From Nautiliaceae bacterium (lineage in GTDB: Bacteria; Campylobacterota; Campylobacteria; Campylobacterales; Nautiliaceae), in assembly GCA_039831155.1 (NCBI GenBank), contig JBDONT010000011.1, positions 32,367-96,366 of the forward strand: 64,000 nucleotides of DNA. The letters are read 5' to 3'. The notes beneath the pieces were generated by a model, which was not told the DNA's origin, searched no databases, and saw nothing but the letters and a program-made list of their open reading frames with translations. Positions 58,241 to 64,000 of the stretch are shown piece after piece. Both the position numbers and the translations under genes were made by a program. The first letter of the stretch is position 1, and each line of letters opens with the position of its first letter.

Positions 58241-60385
58241 TTGAGAACAAGATACATAATTGACGGAATTGTGCAGGGTGTCGGATTTAGACCTACTGTC
58301 TATAAAATTGCAAATTCTCTTAATTTAAAAGGTTTTGTTTTAAACAGTGGAGAGGGTGTTATTATTGAAATAGAAGGTGATAATAGCAGTAAGTTTTTAG
58401 ATGAGTTAAAAAAAAATCTTCCTCCTCTTGCTAGAATAGATTGTATAAAAGAAGAGAGACTTCCTCTAAAAAACTTTAAAACTTTTGAAATATATTATTC
58501 AAAATCTTCAAATAAAACCACTTCTATTTCACCCGATATCGCAGTATGTGAAAAGTGTTTAAAAGAGATGTTTGATGTTAAAAACAGAAGATATTTGTAT
58601 CCTTTTATCAATTGCACGAACTGTGGTCCAAGATATACGATAATTAAAGACATTCCTTATGATAGAAAAAACACATCTATGTCTAAGTTTAAAATGTGTA
58701 AAGAGTGTGAAAAAGAGTATAACAATCCTCTTGATAGAAGATTTCACGCAGAGCCTATTAGTTGTTATGACTGTGGACCTAAACTAAAAGTAATTGATAA
58801 TGAGGGTAAAGTTTTAAATGTAAAAAATAAAATAAAATTTATAGCCGATAAAATCAAAGAAGGAAAAATTGTAGCCGTGAAAGGTTTAGGAGGGTTTCAT
58901 TTGGTTTGTAACGCTACTGATTTTGAGGTTGTAAAAGAACTTAGAGAAAGAAAAAGACGCCCTTTTAAGCCTTTTGCTATGATGTTTAAAGATATTGAAA
59001 AAATTAAAGAGTTTTGTGATGTGGATAAAAGGGATATTGAGCTTATTACTTCTAAAGAAAAACCGATAGTTTTGGTAAAAAAGAGAAAAGATTTAAAGTA
59101 TATAGCGGATAAGATAGACAGATACGGGGTGTTTTTGCCTTATACTCCGGTTCATTGTCTTTTGTTTGAGTATTTGGATTTTCCTATTGTGGCTACAAGT
59201 GCCAATATTTCGGATGAACCTATTATAAGAGATTCTAAAGAGTTGGTAGAGAAATTAGGAAATGTGGTTGATTATGTTCTGGATAATAATAGAGAAATAA
59301 TCAACGCTTGTGACGATAGTTTAGTCCAAGCGATTGAAGATGAATTTATTACGTTAAGGAGTGCTAGAGGATTTGCTCCTTTTAGTTTGAGTTGTAAAAC
59401 TAATAAAAGTATTTTAGGAGTGGGGTCTAATCAAAAAAACACTATTTCCCTTGGCTTTAACGATAAATTTATTCTCTCTCCTCATATAGGAGATTTGGGA
59501 AGTGTAGGGAGTATTGAATATTTTGAAAGGACGATAGAAACCTTTAGAAGGCTTTATGAGTTTAATGAAGACGTAATTATTTGTGATAAGCACCCTTATT
59601 ACGAATCGACTAAATGGGCTCTTAGTCAGCAAAAAGAGATAGTTCAAATTCAGCACCATTACGCTCACGCTTTATCGACTATGTTTGAATATAATCTTAA
59701 CGGAGAGTTTTTGGCTTTTATATTTGATGGGACGGGATACGGAGATGACGGAAGTATTTGGGGAGGCGAAATTTTTGTAGTTAATAGGCATACTTATAAA
59801 AGAGTACATCACTTTAAAAATTTTAAACTTATAGGTGGAGAAAAGGCTATAAAAAATCCTTCCAATATGGCTGTTGCTTTGCTTGATGAAAAGATAGGAG
59901 AGGGGTTTAAAAATTATAAACTTGCAAAGAATCTTTTAAAAGGGGCTTTTCCTTTAACTTCTTCTATGGGAAGAATATTTGATATGGTTGCGTATCTTGG
60001 TGGAATGATTGATAGGAATGAGTGGGAAGGATTAAGTGGTCTTATAATTGAAAAATATTATAATGAAAACATCAAAGATTTTATAGATTTTGAAATAAAA
60101 GATGAAATAGATTTTTTTGAGATTTTAAATTTTGCTGCTAATAGTAGAGGTAACTTTGAGCTTGTTTCATCGGTGTTTTTAAATTCTATAGTAAACGTAA
60201 TGAAAAAGATATCTTTGATGTATGATATGGATGTGATTGTAGGTGGAGGGGTGTTTCAAAATAAAACTTTACTCACTCAAGTTATAAAACAGCTTGATAA
60301 GAAAGTATACTTTAATAAAAAAATACCTATAAACGATGCAGGAGTAAGTGTAGGGCAGGTAGCCTGGGGGATTTGGAATTTATGA
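58241..60385 (+). CDS. hypF: Carbamoyltransferase HypF
   Basis: GIVQGVGFRP, CEKC, CTNCGPRY, CKEC, KGLGGFHL, QHHYAH, DGTGYG, GGVFQN, NDAGVSVGQ. Confidence 0.96.
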   Translation: MRTRYIIDGIVQGVGFRPTVYKIANSLNLKGFVLNSGEGVIIEIEGDNSSKFLDELKKNLPPLARIDCIKEERLPLKNFKTFEIYYSKSSNKTTSISPDIAVCEKCLKEMFDVKNRRYLYPFINCTNCGPRYTIIKDIPYDRKNTSMSKFKMCKECEKEYNNPLDRRFHAEPISCYDCGPKLKVIDNEGKVLNVKNKIKFIADKIKEGKIVAVKGLGGFHLVCNATDFEVVKELRERKRRPFKPFAMMFKDIEKIKEFCDVDKRDIELITSKEKPIVLVKKRKDLKYIADKIDRYGVFLPYTPVHCLLFEYLDFPIVATSANISDEPIIRDSKELVEKLGNVVDYVLDNNREIINACDDSLVQAIEDEFITLRSARGFAPFSLSCKTNKSILGVGSNQKNTISLGFNDKFILSPHIGDLGSVGSIEYFERTIETFRRLYEFNEDVIICDKHPYYESTKWALSQQKEIVQIQHHYAHALSTMFEYNLNGEFLAFIFDGTGYGDDGSIWGGEIFVVNRHTYKRVHHFKNFKLIGGEKAIKNPSNMAVALLDEKIGEGFKNYKLAKNLLKGAFPLTSSMGRIFDMVAYLGGMIDRNEWEGLSGLIIEKYYNENIKDFIDFEIKDEIDFFEILNFAANSRGNFELVSSVFLNSIVNVMKKISLMYDMDVIVGGGVFQNKTLLTQVIKQLDKKVYFNKKIPINDAGVSVGQVAWGIWNL

Positions 60386-60970
60386 GAGTAAAAGTGCTAT
60401 GTCGGTTGGGGTTAGCAGGTTTAAATTAAAAGCTGACAGCTGGTTTGTAGGATAGTATATTTCATACGGATTAAAATCGGTTTGGGTAGGTAAAGAAAAG
60501 CTTAGATTATTTAAAGTATCATATAGAGAATCGTATTTTTCTTGTATAAGCTTTTCGTATTCTTCTATTGTTTGGGTGTTAGGATCAAAAAGAGGAATGT
60601 TTAAATCGACTTCTTTATCGTTAATGTTTAAAGTTTGGTTAAATACGTTTATATCGTTAAATGTAGTATTTTGAATAATATCGTTTATCTCTTGTGTGAA
60701 ATTGTTTATAATCTCTTCGCTTTTAGGGTTTAATTCTTTTAGTTCGTCTGTTAGGGTTAAGATTTTATCTAAAGAATTAACGGCCGTTTGTAAAATTCCA
60801 ATGTTTTGATTAAACGTATCTACATTTGCAAACAGAGGATTTGTATTAAATTGAGTGGGTGAAAAATAGTCTGTTATATTTAGTGCTAGTAAATTATTTA
60901 CGTATTCGGGGTTTAGTGTAATAGGAGTGGTGTTATAAACGCTTGGTAAGTATGATAGAGGATATATCAT
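60380..60970 (-). CDS. Flagellin-N-domain-like hypothetical protein
   Basis: NQNIGILQTAVNSLDKI..ELKEL..QEINDIIQNTTFN resembles the flagellin ND1 segment; GAGGAG RBS. Confidence 0.55.
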   Translation of the reverse strand: MIYPLSYLPSVYNTTPITLNPEYVNNLLALNITDYFSPTQFNTNPLFANVDTFNQNIGILQTAVNSLDKILTLTDELKELNPKSEEIINNFTQEINDIIQNTTFNDINVFNQTLNINDKEVDLNIPLFDPNTQTIEEYEKLIQEKYDSLYDTLNNLSFSLPTQTDFNPYEIYYPTNQLSAFNLNLLTPTDIALLLS

Positions 60971-61073
60971 TTTTAACTCCTCACTTAAAATTCATAATTT
61001 TTCATTATTCTTTATTTTATATATATAATACCATATTTTTGATAAAATTTTTAAAAAGCTTTTAAGGTTTTCA

Positions 61074-61835
61074 ATGATAGAAATTAAACATTTAAAAAAG
61101 GTATTCGGCTCAAAAGTTGTTTTAAAGGATGTGAATTTAAATATCTACGAGAATAAAATAACTTATATTTTGGGTTTATCCGGGCAGGGTAAATCGACTA
61201 TTATTAAGCATATAGTGGGACTTTTAAAGCCTACTAGCGGAGAAGTACTTGTAGATGGTGTGGATGTTGGGAAAGCCGATATAAAGACTCTTTATGAAAT
61301 AAGAAAAAAGATAGGTTTTATGTTTCAAGAGGGGGCTTTGTTTGACAGTATGAATATATTTGATAATGTAGCGTTTCCTTTGGTAGAACATACTAATTTA
61401 TCAAAAGAAGAGATAAAAAAAAGAGTGTTTCAAACGCTTGAAATGGTAGGGCTTGAAGCTGATAGGGTTGCAAAGCTTTTTCCTCACGAACTTAGTGGAG
61501 GGATGAGAAAAAGAGCCGCAACTGCCAGAGCGATTATATTAAAACCGAAATATGTTTTGTATGATGAGCCTACAAGTGGGCTTGACCCTATTATTAGCGA
61601 TAAAATAACCAAAATGATTGAGCATTTAACCAGGGATTACAATATGACAAGTGTTGTAATTTCTCATGATTTGAAAGAGACGTTTAAAAGTGCGGATTAT
61701 GTGGCTATGCTTTATAACGGAGAGATTATAGAGTATGGAAGTGTTGAGGAGTTTAAAAACTCTAAAAATCCTATAGTCCAGGCGTTTATTAAAGGTGAGA
61801 GTGAAGAGTATGAAAAAATAGCTGAAGCCGTATAA
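61074..61835 (+). CDS. ABC transporter ATP-binding protein, MlaF/Mkl type
   Basis: GLSGQGKS, FQEGALFDSM, LSGGMRKR, YDEPTSGLDP, SHD. Confidence 0.9.
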   Translation: MIEIKHLKKVFGSKVVLKDVNLNIYENKITYILGLSGQGKSTIIKHIVGLLKPTSGEVLVDGVDVGKADIKTLYEIRKKIGFMFQEGALFDSMNIFDNVAFPLVEHTNLSKEEIKKRVFQTLEMVGLEADRVAKLFPHELSGGMRKRAATARAIILKPKYVLYDEPTSGLDPIISDKITKMIEHLTRDYNMTSVVISHDLKETFKSADYVAMLYNGEIIEYGSVEEFKNSKNPIVQAFIKGESEEYEKIAEAV

Positions 61836-61852
61836 ATTAAGAAAGGATGGAT

Positions 61853-62572
61853 ATGAAAAAACTAATTATATTTTTAGCAGTATTATTGTTTGCTTATGAT
61901 GCTAAAGTTGAGGTTTTTGATACTTATAAAATTAAAGCCCCGGTAGCCGGTGAGGTGGTATTTAGTAATAAAAAGTTAGAAGCCAAGGAAGTAAATTCGA
62001 CTATTGTAAAGTTAGATGACACTCAAAATTTAATAGATTTGAAAAATTTACAAAATCAGGAGAAGTTATTAAGACTTCAAATAGAAAATCAAAAAAAAGT
62101 GGTTGATAAAAAAAGGTCTGTTTATGAAAAATATAAAAACTTAAAAACAAAATCTCAAAGTGAAAAGGATTTGAAGTTTTATGATTATATAGGGGCTTAT
62201 AATCAGCTTTTGAGTTTAAAATCTTCTCTTTTTAATACGATTGCCAACATTAAAAAATTAAAAGATACGATTAATAAAAAGCGTATAAAAGCAACCGGAT
62301 ATGTAGGTAAAATATATGTGAATAAAGGAGATTACGTAGCTCCCGGAGTGTTGATAGCAGATGTTTACGATATTTCTAAAGAAAAGCTGACAATTTATGT
62401 ACCGGTAGGAGAAAAAATTAAACCAAATGTTTACATAAACGGTAAACCGAGTAATTTTAAAATTTATAAGGTTTGGAGGGTGCCTGATAGTAAATATGTT
62501 ACAAGTTATAAAGTTGAGCTTGTAGGAAAAGGGTTAAAAATAGGAGAGATAGTAAAAATTGAATTAAAATAA
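61853..62572 (+). CDS. HlyD-like / membrane-fusion-type exported protein
   Basis: Signal peptide; lipoyl-like halves IKAPVAGEV and YVNKGDYVAPG flank a coiled coil. Confidence 0.7.
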   Translation: MKKLIIFLAVLLFAYDAKVEVFDTYKIKAPVAGEVVFSNKKLEAKEVNSTIVKLDDTQNLIDLKNLQNQEKLLRLQIENQKKVVDKKRSVYEKYKNLKTKSQSEKDLKFYDYIGAYNQLLSLKSSLFNTIANIKKLKDTINKKRIKATGYVGKIYVNKGDYVAPGVLIADVYDISKEKLTIYVPVGEKIKPNVYINGKPSNFKIYKVWRVPDSKYVTSYKVELVGKGLKIGEIVKIELK

Positions 62573-62773
62573 AGAAGGGGTTTTTATCGTTTCTTCTTTA
62601 ACTTCTTCTACTAAAACTCCTATTTCGTCTATATCAAGATAATCCGGATAAACAATCTCTATACCCCAACTGTTGTAAAAAACTGCCTTATCTCCTCTTA
62701 TTTCTTCAAATTCTATAATTTCGTCATCCACTAGAAGTTGAGCTCCTTTTTTTAGTTCGTATACTTTTCTCAA
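62564..62773 (-). CDS. Small acidic hypothetical protein
   Basis: AAGGAG RBS with TTG start; 69 aa; follows dapE on the same strand. Confidence 0.6.
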   Translation of the reverse strand: MRKVYELKKGAQLLVDDEIIEFEEIRGDKAVFYNSWGIEIVYPDYLDIDEIGVLVEEVKEETIKTPSLF

Positions 62774-62821
62774 GTTGCTCCTTTTTTAATTGATTATATC
62801 AATAAAAATTTTAAATTTCAA

Positions 62822-63922
62822 TTAATAGTTTTCTATGGTCTCTTTAAAAATTAAAGAAAGTTTTTCTACTTCTTCAATGCCGGTGCGTTCGTTTGGGGCG
62901 TGGATTGTATCGTTAATTACTCCAAATTCAATTACCTTTACACCATATTTTGCAAAAAATCTTGCATCACTTGTCCCACCGGCAGTTGAGTATTTTGGAG
63001 TGATGTTTGTTATTTTTTCAATCGATTCTTTTAAAACTTGCGTTACTTTTGTATCCGGGTTTGTTAAAAACGGCTCTGAGCTTACTTTGATTGTTAAATC
63101 ATATTTTAAATTTGCTTTATTAAGTTTTTCTTTTAGCCATTTTTCTATTTTTTTTTCATCAGTTAAAGTATTGTTTCTTACATTAAACATCATTTTAAGC
63201 TCTCCCGGAGTTACATTTGTAACTTCCATACCGCTTCTTATATCTGTAATTACAAATTTGCTTGGTGCAAAATGTTCATCTCCATAATCTAAATTAAATC
63301 CTGCAATTTCAGCTAAAATAGGGGCAAATTTATGAATTGGATTTATAGATTTTTCAGGATATGCAGCGTGACCTTGAAGTCCGTAGATTTTTAAAACTCC
63401 GTTTATACTTCCTCTTCTACCTACCTTTATAGCATCTCCAAACTCTTTTTCACAAGTTGGTTCAGCTACTATTGCGTAATCTGGTATTAAGTTTTTCTCT
63501 TTTAAAATTTCAAGCATATATTTTGTACCCCAGATTGCATCTCCTTCTTCATCGCTTGTAATTAATGCAGATAAGGTTCCATTGAAGTTTTTAGCGTTTT
63601 TCATAGCCCAAAGAAATGCCGCTAAGCCGCTTTTCATATCCTGAGCACCTCTTGCGTATATTTTGCCATCTCTCTCAATCGGCTCAAAAGGGTCAGTATT
63701 CCAACCATCTCCCGGGGGTACTACATCTATATGCCCTCCAAAACATAGATGCTCCTCATCTCCAAATTTTTTATAAATAAATAGATTTTTTACTCCCTCT
63801 TTTTGAGTCTCTATTACTTCAAAATCATCTAAATAACTCTTTATAAATTCCATTGCCCCATCATCGTTTGGGGTAATTGATTTGAATTTAAGCAAAGTTT
63901 TAAAAAGTTCTATAACTTCCAT
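62822..63922 (-). CDS. dapE: Succinyl-diaminopimelate desuccinylase
   Basis: [44 protein letters not shown]. Confidence 0.95.
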   Translation of the reverse strand: MEVIELFKTLLKFKSITPNDDGAMEFIKSYLDDFEVIETQKEGVKNLFIYKKFGDEEHLCFGGHIDVVPPGDGWNTDPFEPIERDGKIYARGAQDMKSGLAAFLWAMKNAKNFNGTLSALITSDEEGDAIWGTKYMLEILKEKNLIPDYAIVAEPTCEKEFGDAIKVGRRGSINGVLKIYGLQGHAAYPEKSINPIHKFAPILAEIAGFNLDYGDEHFAPSKFVITDIRSGMEVTNVTPGELKMMFNVRNNTLTDEKKIEKWLKEKLNKANLKYDLTIKVSSEPFLTNPDTKVTQVLKESIEKITNITPKYSTAGGTSDARFFAKYGVKVIEFGVINDTIHAPNERTGIEEVEKLSLIFKETIENY

Positions 63923-64000
63923 TTTTATCCTTTTTTTAGCTGATTATATCAAATTAAATAAATCCCATTTAGGGAGTTAAAATAATTTTGTGTCTGTTAT

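Overview
AT-rich chromosomal segment of a Campylobacterota bacterium. Ech, group 2d and group 1b [NiFe]-hydrogenases, fused CcsBA and HydE together suggest a hydrogen-oxidising Nautiliaceae-type vent organism (inference). Core genes: flgFG, rpoD, nadE, lpxK, xerD-like, coaX, hisG, nth, yebC, a PpiC-type PPIase, fbaA, dnaE, lepA, metK and dapE. Also present: a six-gene ech operon, a tRNA Lys-Glu-Val-Asp operon, a cluster of two-component system, NapC/NirT cytochrome, ccsBA and hemAEBCN, and a hypA / tetR / group 2d / hydABCDE / hypF hydrogenase region. The most notable item is a two-gene insert at 13993-18079 between fbaA and an ACC-deaminase-like gene. It encodes an 897-aa SF2 helicase with a C-terminal PD-(D/E)xK nuclease, followed by a 466-aa orphan with Argonaute MID-pocket-like motifs and no visible catalytic tetrad. 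This reads as an unusually compact DdmDE-like (Argonaute-guided anti-plasmid) system. Other items: an Rpn nuclease with an internal RBS and in-frame ATG (candidate intragenic antitoxin); a tRNA-adjacent islet with a UDG-like protein, a metallophosphoesterase and a G-tract-frameshifted ORF; a candidate anti-SD RNA, leader or small ORF before hypF; and several clear regulatory motifs. All protein calls come from motif recognition by eye; no database searches were run.
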